Positions 31,426 through 47,133 of a stretch of 64,000 bases of DNA are shown here, piece after piece. The first letter of the stretch is position 1. The number at the start of each line of letters is the position of its first letter. The translations under genes were made by a program, and so were the position numbers. The notes beneath the pieces are model-generated. The model was not told where the DNA came from, searched no databases, and saw only the letters and a program-made list of their open reading frames with translations. This DNA is from the human T2T-CHM13v2.0 reference genome, Homo sapiens: NCBI RefSeq assembly GCF_009914755.1, contig NC_060934.1; one strand, written 5' to 3'.

Positions 31426-32059
31426 ATAGTATGTTTCTATAGAAGTCAAGGCAGTTATGTAATTGTATGCATATATTCAATATGTTATACATGTGATTAA
31501 CATTGCCTTGATAACTACATACCAATAATTTAAATTTTAAAAAATTAAAGTTATTTAATTATTCTGTATTTATTATCTTTATAAAATTTGAACATGCATA
31601 AGGATAACAATTGCATAAATTACATGAAATAATGCAGTCCAATTTTCTTTCATTTGTTCCTATTGGATTTGAAAATTATATTTAGTAAGTCACATTTTTA
31701 GTATATAAGGAGATTTATGAAAATGACTTTGATTTTTAAAATGGTATTTAGTCAACCAGAAATGCTGAGGAACGGCATTCTTAGTTGAAATCAGCTTTTT
31801 AGAATACTAAAAAAGGATTTAATTCATTTTAGTTTTATATGGTTTTCTTAGTGCTTTTTTAGTATTGTGTAGTACATAATTTTTGATTATTTTTACAATA
31901 GGTAGGGACCTAACAGGAAAAATGATTGTTTTATTTCTAAATTGAAACAGAAATAATTTAGAGCTTCTCAATTCAAAAGTGCTTTCAGGTATGTTTAGCA
32001 AATCAATTCTAAGTCTGAACTCTTTCGTGCTACTTCCTGATAAAAACAAGCACTAGTCA

Positions 32060-32226
32060 CATGAACTGTGTGCAATGATGTGCACATAGGACTAACTGGG
32101 AATTTTGTTAAAATATAGATTTTGATTTGGTGGGTCTGGGGAGAAGTTTAAGGTTCTGGATTTCTAATAATCTCCCAGGTTATTCTGATGCTGTTGTTCT
32201 GCAGACCACACATTAAGAAGCAAAGT
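32060..32226. mobile_element. MER5-type hAT MITE
   Basis: 'gggtctgggg...atttctaataatctcccaggttattctgatgctg...agaccacac'. Confidence 0.75.
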
Positions 32227-32369
32227 GTTGCCTCAAACTTGTTACCATATGGAGAGAAAATAGGAGAAACATGTGAGCCATTTCTGAATATGTGACTTAC
32301 ATGCTTATTTATCTGTCTAGACATTTGTATTACTTCTTCCATTAAAAAGAAAGACCCAGATAACAATAA

Positions 32370-32516
32370 TCATCTCTCCATCCTTCCACCCATCATCTAT
32401 CCATCCTTCCATCCATCTATTCATCCATCCATCCTTCTATCCATAATCCATCCATCCTTCCATCCATCACCTATCCATGTGTCCATCCATCCATCCATCC
32501 CTTTCTCCATCCACCC
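32370..32516. repeat. degenerate (TCCA)n
   Basis: Directly visible. Confidence 0.95.
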
Positions 32517-32714
32517 AAGAAATACCTATAGAGTCTTTTCCATGTATAAAAGACTATCAGAAGCCCAGGAGTACTAAACCATAGAGTCTGATAGATGAAA
32601 ATATAACAAAACTTCTAAATAAAGACATAAAAAATAATCTTAGAAAATGATGATTGCTGTGAAGAAAATATATCAAGAGAAAGCAATGGAGAGTGATAAA
32701 GACAGTGTACAAAC

Positions 32715-32912
32715 TGCCTGGGCTCCTGTCTCCAGGACAGGATTTGAATCTGCGTAAACATGGGCAGGTGACTTTGTGGGCCAGAGCCTCACATTCTTCC
32801 TCTTAAACCCTCTCCTTTAAAATGCAGGTATGATTGAATGAAGTAATTCCTGGAAGGACCTAACAATATGCCTCACATGTTGAAAGAACTCAGTAATTGT
32901 TAGTTATTATGA
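32715..32912 (+). mobile_element. MIR fragment
   Basis: 'actgcctgggct...aaatgcaggtatgattgaatgaagtaat...ctcagtaattgttagttattat'. Confidence 0.55.
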
Positions 32913-34145
32913 TTTTCTGAGGAGCTGGCTTTGGAAACCATATCTGGTTGCAGTGATGCAGAGGAAGTCATCCCAAGCAGAGATAAGAATTTATGAAAAT
33001 GTAAAAACTTCTAATATGCCCAGCGACTAGAGAACAGGGAACAAATAAGCAGTTCAGTGTTTCAGGAATTTGGGATGAGTGTAGCTGGAAATGGGATTTT
33101 AAAGGTAGGTAAGATGTTAGAGATGGATGCTGAAGGAAAAGTATGCTTCGTACTAAAGAGTTTGGCTATTAGCTTGACCTATAGGCCAATGGCTGTCAAA
33201 CTGCAGTGTGCACAATAATGCAGACACCTCTCCCTCATCCAGCTTCTCATACAATCATTTTCATTTTAACAAGATGTTGAAGCATATATTTCATTGGACA
33301 AGAGGAAACCAGCAGGGTTCTGAAAGCAGTGAAATATGTGAATGATGACAGACCAAATGCAATGGTGCTGATGTAATTACGAGCTATAAGAGCAATCCAG
33401 AAATTTATTTTAAATAGAGAACAAACAAAAATTAACTAGTTGGCCTGGGGGAGGATAGCAGAAAGATATTTTGAGCAGACTAGACCAAATTATAATATCA
33501 ATTTTTAATAAATTATGCATTTATAAGTAAAGTTAATGACGGGGCAATAGTTAAAACTAGCCAAGAGTTCAAACAGAAATTGCCTGGCTGCACGAAGAAC
33601 TTCTGGAGATTTAATTACTGGGTATGTAGTCATGTGAAGAAAACTGGACAGAGGCACAGAGTGACCGGGAACTCTTTGTCTTCATCTCAGAAACACCAGA
33701 ATTGGCCTTGCAATTTTGAAAAATCGATTTCTACTGATTTTCAGCAAACCAATTTACCAGAGATCTTTTCACCTCCTCTGAAACAGAATATAACACAGAT
33801 TTTCACTTTGGAAAAACAAATTGTCTTTGGAGAACACATGGATGAAAGAATTCTACCTTGAGACTAGGAATCACCATCTTCTCTATATGTCAAACTTATG
33901 AGACATCAATGGATAAATAAGACACAGGGCACATGGAAACATTTAATAAAGATTCCGGGTTAGGGGTAAAGAGGCTATTGAATGGGATGCCTGAGCAGAA
34001 GGACTTCCACCATCCCTGAAGCTGAACCCACTGTCTGCTTTACCAAGAATTGCCACCATTTGAAGTTCTACAATGAAGAACACGTGTGAGCATGTGTCTC
34101 TCTATGTGCATGTGCAGTGCTCTGATTATAAATATATGTAAATCA

Positions 34146-34435
<290 letters not shown>

Positions 34436-34451
<16 letters not shown>

Positions 34452-34946
34452 CATATAATATATATATATTATATATATCATATAATATATATATTATATA
34501 TATCATATAATATATATATTATATATATCATATAATATATATATTATATATATCATATAATATATATATTATATATATCATATAATATATATATTATATA
34601 TATCATATAATATATATATTATATATATCATATAATATATATATAATATATATATCATATAATATATATATTATATATATCATATAATATATATATTATA
34701 TATATCATATAATATATATATATTATATATATCATATAATATATATATTATATATATCATATAATATATATATTATATATATCATATAATATATATATTA
34801 TATATATCATATAATATATATATTATATGATATCATATAATATATATATTATATATATCATATAATATATATATATTATATATATCATATAATATATATA
34901 TTATATATATCATATATTATATATATATATATATTATATATATATA
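34436..34946. repeat. AT-rich minisatellite, ~25-bp unit (catataatatatatattatatatat), ~20 copies
   Basis: Single C residues recur at 25-27-bp spacing (34452, 34479, 34504, 34529...34911). Confidence 0.97.
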
Positions 34947-35196
34947 AAACTGCTTTGCTCACCAATATTTCAGTCATGACTTTACATTGATAAAAATAGC
35001 ATTTCCCATGTCCCATTTTGATAGTGGATACTGGCATTACTGTATTTGCTTTTTTAGGAAGATAATTCTGACACCGAGGGGGCAGTTGGACTGGAAGGTC
35101 AAGATCAGTTGTATTCTAATAAAAGAAAAAAGAAAAGTCCTAATTTGTAGTGTTTGTAGATTTCATACTGTGAATACTCCAGCTATGGTCAGTGTC

Positions 35197-36090
<894 letters not shown>

Positions 36091-39000
36091 ACGGTCAGTT
36101 TCAAGCTAGCACTTGTTTCACCGGCTCACAAAATTATTGAGCATTCAGCTCTGTGCTCTTGCAGGACTATCCAAGCTGGGCCCCATCCCCACTGGGAAAG
36201 AGCTCTTCATCAAGAGGACAGGTAGGAAACCATGGACCAACACAAGACACTAAAGACTGGTGGCTGGAGGAGCTAATGCAATGGTGTTCAAATGCGGCAA
36301 AGCGTACGATTTGATAGACATTTTTGAGATTGAGGAAATCTGGCAACTGACAGATTTTTTTTTAAAAGAGAAGTCATGGAAAAGTATCAATTTTATCACT
36401 TGAAAGGTTAACTGGATGATGGTGTCTGTGATTGCGATTCAGCAAAAAAGAGCAGACATTTGTGAAAAAGAAGAATTCAGTTACATTTCAGCACCCTAAA
36501 TTGCTTAAGCACAGCTGTGGGGCTTGTCTTGGGTGAGAACACCAGGCTACGAGATGCTTTCCTATATAACCAAGGTATAGATAGGTTAACTATTCTATAG
36601 ACTCATCTACCTGGGAATTTTATAAGAATTTAACAGAACACATTCAATGAAGTATGTCTGTCTTCCTACAGGTAAATTGACCCTATTCTTTATATTCTGG
36701 TTTAAAATTAAGAGTATAATTTTCCACTAACCTCCCAAAGTAGGTCTCAAAGGTGTTCCTGGGTCTTTCATCTCCCTGTTCTCAAATATTATTACTTCCT
36801 TTTATTCTGTAAGTAAAATCGTCCTGGACTTACTCTCAAGTGTAATTTTAAAAATCACTCATTTCTGCTGTGACAAGTAGCTGGGACCTGAGTACCTTCC
36901 CTAGGAATTCATTTTTTATATTTCTGCCACAGTTAACTTCTTTTAAATGTCATGATATCCATCTTTAATAAGTTGTATTATGGAGAACATGGCAAGAATG
37001 TGGCCAGAAGGATGAAGCAATTGGAAATTGAGGCACTGAGGAAGGGTTAAGACATGCAAGTTTTTGGCATGGAGAAGAGAAACCTGGAGAGGGGAACATG
37101 CGGTAGTTGTTTGTCATCAAGCACGAGGAAAGTGTCATAGGAAAGAGTCCTCAATCTGTGTGTCCCAAAAAGTAAACTCAGAAGTCACTGAGGGAGGCAA
37201 TAGCAAAAATGAGTTTGGTTTTGTGCCAGGGGGACCCTCCACTGAAGCAACTCAGATGTGGATGGAGCTGCCTTGACGCTGGAGGTAGGTAGAGCACTGG
37301 AGATCACCCAAGGTGTCATTTTAAAAGGAATTCTAGCTGTTAAGAAGCGCTGGGCTGGAGGATCTTTAAAGACCTGTTAAATGGAGGATTCTACCATTCT
37401 CTGAAATGAATGTTCTCTACAAACCTATCATTCTTCCCTAGTGTTCATGTTTTTCCCAGTGACTGAGTTTTGCAAGCCAGTAACACTAAAGAAGAAACAT
37501 TTATATTCTCTTTCGCAGTAGAGTTATGTTGAATAAAAGGCCTCAATGCTAACAGAGAAAATATGTGCTTTCTACTTTGGTACACACAGAGAGCTCATTA
37601 GTTCTAAATTTAGAAGTAAGCTTTAGTTTTGGAGGGACTCCAAGTTTGACTAATACATTTGACGATGTCCTTGTTAGAAAAAAAAAATACCATGATGGAG
37701 AATTCTATTTTTCTAGGTTGGTATGTGTGGATGGAGAGGGAAAAACACATGCTCTTTTCTATGCGCTAATTCCATCTGTTCACAATTATTGAGTAGGTGT
37801 GCCAATTGAATGATGCTCAGTACACAGTAGGTAGGCAACGGGTGCTTTTAGTCTGACAGTATTTATAGTTCCTACTTGGCAGAGGTAAATCACTTAGCTA
37901 ATTCTCAGAGCGTCTTGATTTAAACCAACTGCTCTATTTTTCTCCAGGGCAAGCTGCCTGGTAATGAGACACTGGTCAACCACAAGGCGTCATTTTGTTT
38001 CAGCAAAGTCTATTGAGCACCGATTAGGTGTAAGTAAACAAAGATAAACATAAGGAAATTAAAAAATAAGTAAGCAAAGGTAACCAAGATGCTGCATTTA
38101 AGAATCTGCTCTCAAGGAACTTGGTCTTGGCAGAAAGACACGTTTGAATAAGTAACTTAGTATCATTATCAGTGCTCAAAAAGCCTGTTATTTAGCATAA
38201 TTTTTCTCTAGGAATCTTAAAAAACCACTGTATAGATAGTTCAAAATTCTCTAAACTACCTTGCTTAAAAGCATTCAATAACTTTAAATAAAGTATTTCA
38301 GTGTAGAGTAGTACTTTACCACATATTTTCTCTCCATGAATATCAAAATAAATAAAAATAATTTGTCAGAAGCTTTATGTATTTTAAAATTAATAATAAA
38401 AATATTAAATATCAAATATATGGGTTTAATATGTTTAAAATATTAATTTTTAATTCTATCCCCCAAAATCATGACATTGTTTCCTATATGGAATTCTAAA
38501 CCACAGTGATGTTCCCGTCATAATTCATTAGGCTAGCTCTCCCTCCACCGTTGACAGCAGCAGGAGGACACCAGCAGGGAGAAGTGGCAACGTGGAATGG
38601 TCAACTACACACGTATGCCTCTGGTGCCCACTCCTGCACCCTCTGATGAGGAGAAGCTGGGTGAAATAGTGGGACAGGTGATATTTAGTTACAAGCTAAA
38701 TAACCACTGGCATCACCCTAGGATGTCACCATAACATGTTTTCCTCTTCCTCATCTCTCTGACTCTCTTGTTAACTTGATTGTAAAGTGGATGGACATCC
38801 CATTAGAACTCTGATTTACAAACTAATATTGACAGAAACTTTTTTCACACTGTGCTAACTCAGACACACAGGCAGTTGTGTTTTAGATGCTGTTAATTTG
38901 TTAGAAAGAGAGTTGGCAATGGTGGTGACCCTGGATCACTACACTGAAACAGGAAAAGACAAAAAAAATCTAGAGATAAGTAAAAAGAATAAATATTCAT

Positions 39001-39642
39001 GTACACTATATTTTTTCCTAAAAAAGAAACCACTTAACAGTTTGATAGGCCTACATGGAATTGACCTTCTAATATGTGGCTAATCATCATTTAATAATAC
39101 TTAGAAACTAAAAATACTAATGAATCATTGAATGTCTCTCCATCTATTCAAATCTGTAAGTTCCTTTAATACATAAAGGGTTTTTCCCTAGGGAGGCTTT
39201 TGACTTCTTTCTTTAGTCAATTCTTTAAAATGTTACAGTTTTTACCATGAATGCAAATATCTTATATACTATTTTATTTTCTAACTTTTTACTGTTAGTG
39301 AAGATAAATATTATTAGTTTTTGTAAATCGGTCGTTGTAAAGTGACCTTGATAAACTATTGTGTTTATTCTAACATTAATAATTGTTTGATTCTTTGGCT
39401 TTTCTATGTGGATGACCATATCATCTGCAAAGAATAACTATTGTAATTCTTTCTTTCCAGCATAGCAGAAGTGATTGTGAACATTTTTGTCTAGTTTCTA
39501 GTCATAAAGGAATATGTCAGAAGTTTTGCATAATGTCTAATATGACAGTTTTATGATATGTAACCAAATTAAGGGATTTCCTAAATCTTATCATGAGAAA
39601 ATACCTGTCAAAACTAAATAATTGGCCTCTGAGTTCTAAGAA

Positions 39643-40105
39643 CTGTGAGGGTCTGAGATTTTACTCTGCTTACAAGCTAAAATGTTAGCTTGCTACATTG
39701 TGATGGATGCCGGCAGAAGACGTAAGACTCCTAGGTCAGAGACAAAGACTTCATCACACACAGCAGTCACAGGAGCAAGAGAACCAGCTTTTGCGTTGGT
39801 TTCCTAAGATCATTTCCCATAAGGCAGCACAAAGAGGACCAGTAACACCTGCACATGCAGCAGGTTGCATTACCATAGAGGAACCATGAGCTCAGGGAAC
39901 CTGAATCTTTTATTAGGTTGATGCAAAAGGAATTGCAGTACAATGGGCAGTAAGTACGTCCAGAGCAAGAAACCCTATTTATCTTCCAAAACTATTTGCT
40001 AAACAATCATCTTTAAAATGATAATCTGGAACAAAAGTAGTCAGTGTCTTTCCTTGCAAGATATGCAGTAGCCAAAGAAATCCCAGAGAACTGTCATGCC
40101 GCAGT
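39643..40105. mobile_element. solo ERV LTR (family not resolved)
   Basis: TG start 'tgtgagggtctgagattttactctgcttacaagctaa...gactcctaggtcagagacaaag'. GC content is higher than the flanking L1. Confidence 0.65.
39913..39938 (+). mobile_element. solo Hsmar1/MADE1 terminal inverted repeat
   Basis: ttaggttgatgcaaaaggaattgcag versus consensus ttaggttggtgcaaaagtaattgcgg, with TA on each side. Confidence 0.75.
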
Positions 40106-40111
40106 CAACTT

Positions 40112-40490
40112 CAAATTATCAAAATCAAGAAAATCAAGGAAAGTATGAGGAACTTGTCCAGACCAAAGAAGCCTAAAGAGAAATGATTAACTAAAAGCAA
40201 CCTGTGATCCTGAGCTGGCTCCTTTACTATGATAAACATTGAAACAATTGGAGAAATTGGACCTGAGGGTCAGATACAGTAATGCGTCAGTGCTGACTTC
40301 CTGGCTTTGAGGATTATGAGTATTGAGGTTATGCAGGAGGATGCCCTTGCTTGTAGGAAAAAGATACTAAAGTATTTGGTGGTGATGGGCTCCCAGCTGA
40401 CAACTTTATCTCAGATGGTTCAGGGTAGAAAACAGATTTTTTTTCTATCCTTTTAGTTCTTCTCTAATTTTAGGATTGTTTCAAAGTAAC
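40112..40490 (+). mobile_element. L1MC4-like 3' UTR fragment
   Basis: 'aaggaaagtatgaggaact...tgtgatcctgagctgg...ggttatgcaggaggatgccctt...ctcagatggttcag'. Confidence 0.7.
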
Positions 40491-41754
40491 GTGGGATTCT
40501 GAGGCTTTGGGGAAAAGTAATGTTTTGATTAGCATATCAATGCATTTATACTTTTATTAGTTTAAGCAAGCTTCAATGTCTTCCTAAACAATTTTTATCT
40601 ACATATATTAAAATGTTTATCTATGTAATTGCTGTGTTAAATATATTGTTGTATTATTTTATTTTCATTGTTTTCAATTTTGTTTTTGATGTTATTTCTC
40701 TTATTCCACTATTTGCTTCATTTATTGATATATCTGCTCTTTTTCTGAAAAGATGAGTTTTTGAGTCCCAATAAAATACATTTAGAGGTATCAGCTTAAC
40801 TTTACTTCTACTTTCACTTATATTTGGACACATAGTGTTTAATTATTAGTCCATATTAAATATGCTATAATTTTTCTTTTGATTTCCTTTGATTCCAATG
40901 GTAATTTAATAACATTATTTTTTGAGTCCTTTAAAAATGTTTAAGCTACTGTTTTATTTAAAACTGAGTGATGTTACTGACTTACTGGAGTTTTTTGGAA
41001 AGTTGCTTTGTGGTTATTACATGACTAATTTTTATAAATGTCCAGAAACATTTTTTTATTTGTGACCTGTAGAATTTTACATATATGCCTATTTATACAG
41101 ACACAATAGTTTAAGCTTATAAATTATGTTATGTATATATTCTACATTTTTGCTTATTTATTTTTACCTTCTTAATCTATAAGCTTTTAAAGGAGGAGTA
41201 TCATAAATTAGATTTGTTGTTTTTCTGCCTTTTTCTATAAGTCTCTCAGGTCTTGTAAATATTGGTATATGTGTTGATGTTTAAAGTGTTTATGTCTTTA
41301 GCTCTATTTTTTTACCAATATATAATATTTTTTGTTCTTTAGCTTTCAGTGTTATTTGTTTGCTTCTATTATGTCAAATATTGGTGGATTTTAAAAATCA
41401 AATCTGATTTTTTGTTGTTATATTGAGACATATGTTTCTCACTACTTTATGTTTTGCATTGGATATTCTTTCTTATTTTTGTCTTCTTTTCAACTTTGTA
41501 TTGGATACATCTTTTTCCTTTAGTTTAAAAGTCATAGGACCTATTTTTATTCTTAAGTTGTTTACCTTTAACATAAAAATTCTATTGAGGCTTAAATATC
41601 CTTAGAATTTTGTAGATATATTGTTATGTATATTTTTCCTTCATTACAAATACACTAGTGTGTTCTCATGTCAAATTTATTTCATCCACACACACATAAT
41701 CCCACACCACGTGGCTATACCTAGGTTTCTTTTTCTAGCTCCTTCTGAATTGTT

Positions 41755-41804
41755 AGGTCGCTTCACATAGGTAGGCAGGTAAGCAGGCAGATACATAGAT
41801 AGAT

Positions 41805-41839
<35 letters not shown>

Positions 41840-42262
41840 GATAGAGATTTGCCATTTGTTTAAGGGTATTGGCTCACTAGATTGCAGGGACACACATGTT
41901 TGAAGTCTATAGCTTGGTAGGCTGGAAATTTAGGCAAGAGTTGATGTTGCCTTCTTGAGTCCTAAATACTGCAGGGCAGGCCAGGCAGGCTGGAAACTCA
42001 GACAGGCTTTCTATGATGCAATCTTGAGACAGAATTCCTCCTTTCGGAAACCTCAATTCTTACTCTTAAGGCCTTAAACTGACTTCGTAAGCCACAACTA
42101 CATTATGAAGGCTAATTTGCTTTACTTTGCCTACTGATTGTAAATGTTAATCCCATTTAAAAAACAAAAACAAAAACCTTCACAGCAATATCTAGTCTAG
42201 TGTTTATCCAAACAACTGGGCACCAAAGCCCAATCAAGCTGACATAAATTTAACTATTGCAG
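41755..42262 (-). mobile_element. MLT2-type ERVL LTR containing (GATA)n
   Basis: 'aattcctcct...ttaaggcctt..actga...cacagcaatatctag..tagtgttt..ccaaacaactgggcacc...aagctgacataaatttaactat'. Confidence 0.85.
41790..41848. repeat. (GATA)n tetranucleotide STR
   Basis: Directly visible. Confidence 0.95.
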
Positions 42263-42749
42263 GTTTTGTGAACACATTTTTTAATCTACCTCTTCTTTAG
42301 ACAAAAAGATAGATTTTAATAAATTTAATTAATCTTATTTTCTGTATTTTTTGGCTAAATTCTTATGAATTTATTTTTCCTTTTATTTGAAAATGTCTTT
42401 GAAAGTGTTTCTCAAATTGATTTTAAAAAGTGATATTTCAAAGGTATGGCTGAGAACATAAGTGCTCTGGCTTTATTTTACGTAACAATTTGGTTAGCTA
42501 AAATACTATAGATTCAAAATTTTACATTTTCCTTCTATGTTAATTTTTAAATATTAGTTAATTGTTTTCTTGCATCTAGTGGTATCAGTATGACTTTTCC
42601 CTTTGCAGGCAATCTGCTCTGTATCTTCGAATGCCTTTAAATGAACCTTGCAGCACCTATTCCTCACTTTATTAGAAAGTGTACATGAGCAGTTTCTTTT
42701 CAATTCTCTGTACAGCATTTAATAAAATGACTTTCTTTTTTCTTTGAAA

Positions 42750-42907
42750 CGGTGGTTTTCAAAGTTGGTCTCTAGAATCTTCAGCTTTGTTGTAATCGCA
42801 GTCTTGTTCCCCACATCAGATCCACTGAGTGAGAATCTCTGGGTCTGGCAGTCCCAACTGCCTCTAGGTGATGTGGACACCTTGTTTCAAGTTTGAACAC
42901 CATTGCT
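42750..42907. mobile_element. MER5A-like MITE
   Basis: Termini 'cggtggttttcaaagt' and 'aagtttgaacaccattg'; internal 'actgagtgagaatctctggg'. Confidence 0.7.
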
Positions 42908-45371
42908 GTAAAAGATAAACACTTTCATCATGGTTCCTTTAAATACTCCCTCTTCTCTTTCAGTTTTTCTTGTTTTATAGGACTCCTGTTATCCAGATGT
43001 GGATGTTTCTACATGTCAATATTTACCCTTTTCTGCTGTTTTATCCGAGGATTCCTCAGTTGAATCTTTCAACTCCATCATTCTTCAGCTGTGCTCATCT
43101 TACTTTTTTTCCAGCATTTGTTTATTTCATTTCAAATACTACACATTATACTTAATAGTTCTATTTGATGGTTTATTATTTCTTCTTTATTTTTCAGATT
43201 TAAAAAATCCTCCTTTATCCTTTTAAAGATTTTGTTTTAATTTTAAAATTCTTGTCAATTACAACAATTCAGGCTTACGTGTTATACGTTGCTTCATTTG
43301 TTGTCATTTGGTCATGGTTGTAACCCCGGCACTATGGTCATTTGACCTGTGAACTCATTTTCTCTTAGATGGCACCTCCCAGGTCTGGTAATGTGCCTTA
43401 GGGGAAGGCCAAAGGACAGGCCCATTTTTATGTGCTTCTGGTGAGACTAATTACAATGGAGAGGACGTGGCCCAAGCAGTTGGCCAACAAACGCAGACCT
43501 CTGTTGATAACTTATCTTCATTACTGTGTGCCAGTCTAGCCAGTGTTTTATTTTTAAATTGTAGTGGGATGCAGGATTGGCAGGCAATTTTTGATTTTTA
43601 GTTTGCATCCCACCAGGTTTTGTGTTTGTGTTTAGCGAATGCAAAATCTAACAGCTCTTGTCTCTTACCTGTGCTACGTAAAACAGCTGCCAAGCGATAC
43701 CCAGCTGAGACTTGGTCTGCACTATCACGATGCCACACACTGATCATCCTGCACACTTGTGTATATACTCAAGTTTGTCTTCTCAATGTAGAGTAGATAA
43801 TCCATGAGAGCAAAGGAGAACTTGTATGATTTCTTTAACATTCTAAACCTAGTGACAGGCACAGCAAGCAGTACATAGATAGTTTTAGAGGCTTTGCAAT
43901 GGTTTTTATTGAATGAATACATGACAGAACTTTTGCAAAACTATCTTCACACTATTGTTTCAATACATTTAATGATGACTAGGTTTTATCCTTTGTCTTA
44001 TCTATTTTATGTTAGAGGATGGTAAAAAATCCAATATTTTGGTATCTATTAAGACAAATGAAGATCCCATGAGTGATGAGATATTATGACTGTCTTATCT
44101 CTAAGTGTTCAGCAAAATATTAGATATATAGAAGAATTAAAATATGCAATCTATTACACGTTATTAAATATTTCTTCTTCAATTTAATATAGAATTATTG
44201 ACCAATAATCATTACAAATTGTGTTTGTGCAGAGGAACGTCCGTGGGCTTATAGGAACATCCATAATCTCTTGTGAAGTTTGTTTTTTTAAATAACTTTC
44301 TTGTTTAATATTGTTTGTTATATTATCAAGTCCTTCATTTGAGGTTACTTTGGGAAATGAATAGTGCGACCCTGTTCAGTGTGTGTCACACTCAAAGCAG
44401 AAATATGTCTATGGTATTCTTTATTCTTCCTTGTAAAATGTAAGGCCAGAAACTGCGGTGTATATTACTGGCTTTGGGTACAGTTTTAATTGGTCCATTA
44501 AACCCACGGTTGAAAATATTTATTGTTTATTCAAAAGTTTTATGTCTTTCTAGACAGTGACTGAGAAGGCGGATAAGCAGAATACAGTGGAAATAGGTCC
44601 TAATTATCATGATTATTAGAACACAAGGAAGCCCAGTAGCTTTGATGGAGAGGACAGCTCTTGTATCTTCCTTTAGGAATTCAGTAGCATGTTTAACATT
44701 TACAACTTGTGAGCCACTTTTTTCTTAACATGTAGAAAATTCTTTATTGATGCACTTTGGACATAGAAAAGCCTGTTCATATATCTTCAATATGTCTGTG
44801 ATTTATTGAGAGGAATAAAATACTTATTAATCATTTGAGTTCAGGATATGAAATAATTTTTCAACATGTCCAGATGAGCCTGTCCAGCTAAATTCTATCA
44901 TCAATTGCAGGCGGTGGTAGAGACTTGGCCTTGAGTGTCAATCTGTCTTCAGACACAGTTTTAATTTCAGCTTCCACTAGTGTATCAGTGGCTTGACAGT
45001 GAATTATGAGTTTCCTGCTCTTGGCTGGACAAGTCACTCACAGAATTTTTTTTTTTTGGAATGTGACTCAGTTCTGGAGGAATTATTTTAGATAAATGTG
45101 ATTGTTTCCTATGAAAATAAAAATATATTTTCTTGCATGTAGAATGAGCCACATGACATATAAAACAGGAATTGTATACATTGTGCATTTCTCTGTTCGA
45201 CAATCCTACAATGAATTCTAAAATTCAGTTTTCATCAGTGAAGAAGAAAACTTGTGTAATGAAGAAGTATCTTTCTACTAATGATTCCATAGACCAAGGC
45301 AACCCTCATAGTTGGTTTGCTTCCCAAAGTGACAGTTTACATGGCCAGGATACTTTTAAATATACAAGTTA

Positions 45372-45820
<449 letters not shown>

Positions 45821-46219
45821 CTATCCACTCTAATATAAATCAGTAGTTAAAAGCATTTAAAAATGAAACAATTGATGCTGAATAGTGTGAGGAAAGTTGA
45901 GGCTATGTCAGTGAATACCAGTGTGACCATGAGGCGACAGAAATGGAGACTCTAAATGTATTTGTGCATTATGCCTAGGTTTATGCAAGCCTCATAGAGG
46001 TATTCAGTGTCGTTTAGGGGTGAAATTAGATTATGAATGTGCAGAAATCAAGATACTGTCTTGTGTATTGTGAGTGCCCAAAATAGGGGAGCTCTTATTG
46101 TAGTTAGTGTTGTAATAAATTATTTTAGATACCATTTAATACCAGGTTGTTCAAGTAGCTCCATATGAAAATGCCTTTTCTGAATACCATTGCTTCACGA
46201 AAAGATACTGATTCTAAAC

Positions 46220-46437
46220 CAGTGGGTCTCAACTGAGGCTGATTTTGCCCCTACAGGGTACATTTAGCAATGCCTGGAGACTTTTTGACTTTCATGATGG
46301 GTGAGGGCTTGTTACAGGCATCTGGTTGGGGGAGGCTCGGGATGCTGTTAAATATCCTCTAATGCACAAGATAGCCCCCACTCAACAAAGAATGATCCTG
46401 CCCACAGTGTCAATGGTGCTGAGGGTGACAAATCCTG
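46220..46437. mobile_element. MER20 (hAT-Charlie), full length
   Basis: 'cagtgggtctcaac...gattttgccc...tgcacaagatagccccc...gtgtcaatggtgctgagg'. Perfect 8-bp TSD ttctaaac at 46212-46219 and 46438-46445. Confidence 0.92.
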
Positions 46438-46738
46438 TTCTAAACCATTCATGTGATTTTCTTGTTTTGTTTAGTTGTTGTGACAACTGAGAAACAGCAA
46501 TAATAAAAACTGGAATCTGCCATTTGAGTTCTTCACCTATCCCCTTATCACTGCTATAGCCAAACAGAAGTGAGAAGACGGAAGAAAAGAATTCTTACAG
46601 AGACAAGACGTAAGAGGAAAGAAGAGAAGGTAATGAGTAAACAAGATGACTGGCAGAAAAAAATTGATTAATGTCTCTCATTCCAATTTACCATTGTGAA
46701 AGAATGGGTTGAATCTGTGCTTAAAAATTTAAGAAGCT

Positions 46739-47052
<314 letters not shown>

Positions 47053-47133
47053 CTAATAGGGCTCCACACAAACAGGATGTCATAACCTAGTCTAAAGGAA
47101 GGGAATCTAAAGGAACAACTAGTCTAAAGGGAG

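Larger units (their letters stand above)
39150..41750 (-). mobile_element. ancient L1M fragments hosting later insertions
   Basis: Antisense ORF2-like text. ORF 39225-39419 'MVIHIEKPK...LQKLIIFIFTNSKKLEN' resembles L1 RT 'DMIVYLENPK...QKSVAFLYTNN'. Confidence 0.6.

Noticed and set aside
38385-38452. Imperfect AT-rich inverted repeat
   Set aside because: Low complexity with gaps; expected by chance in very AT-rich sequence.
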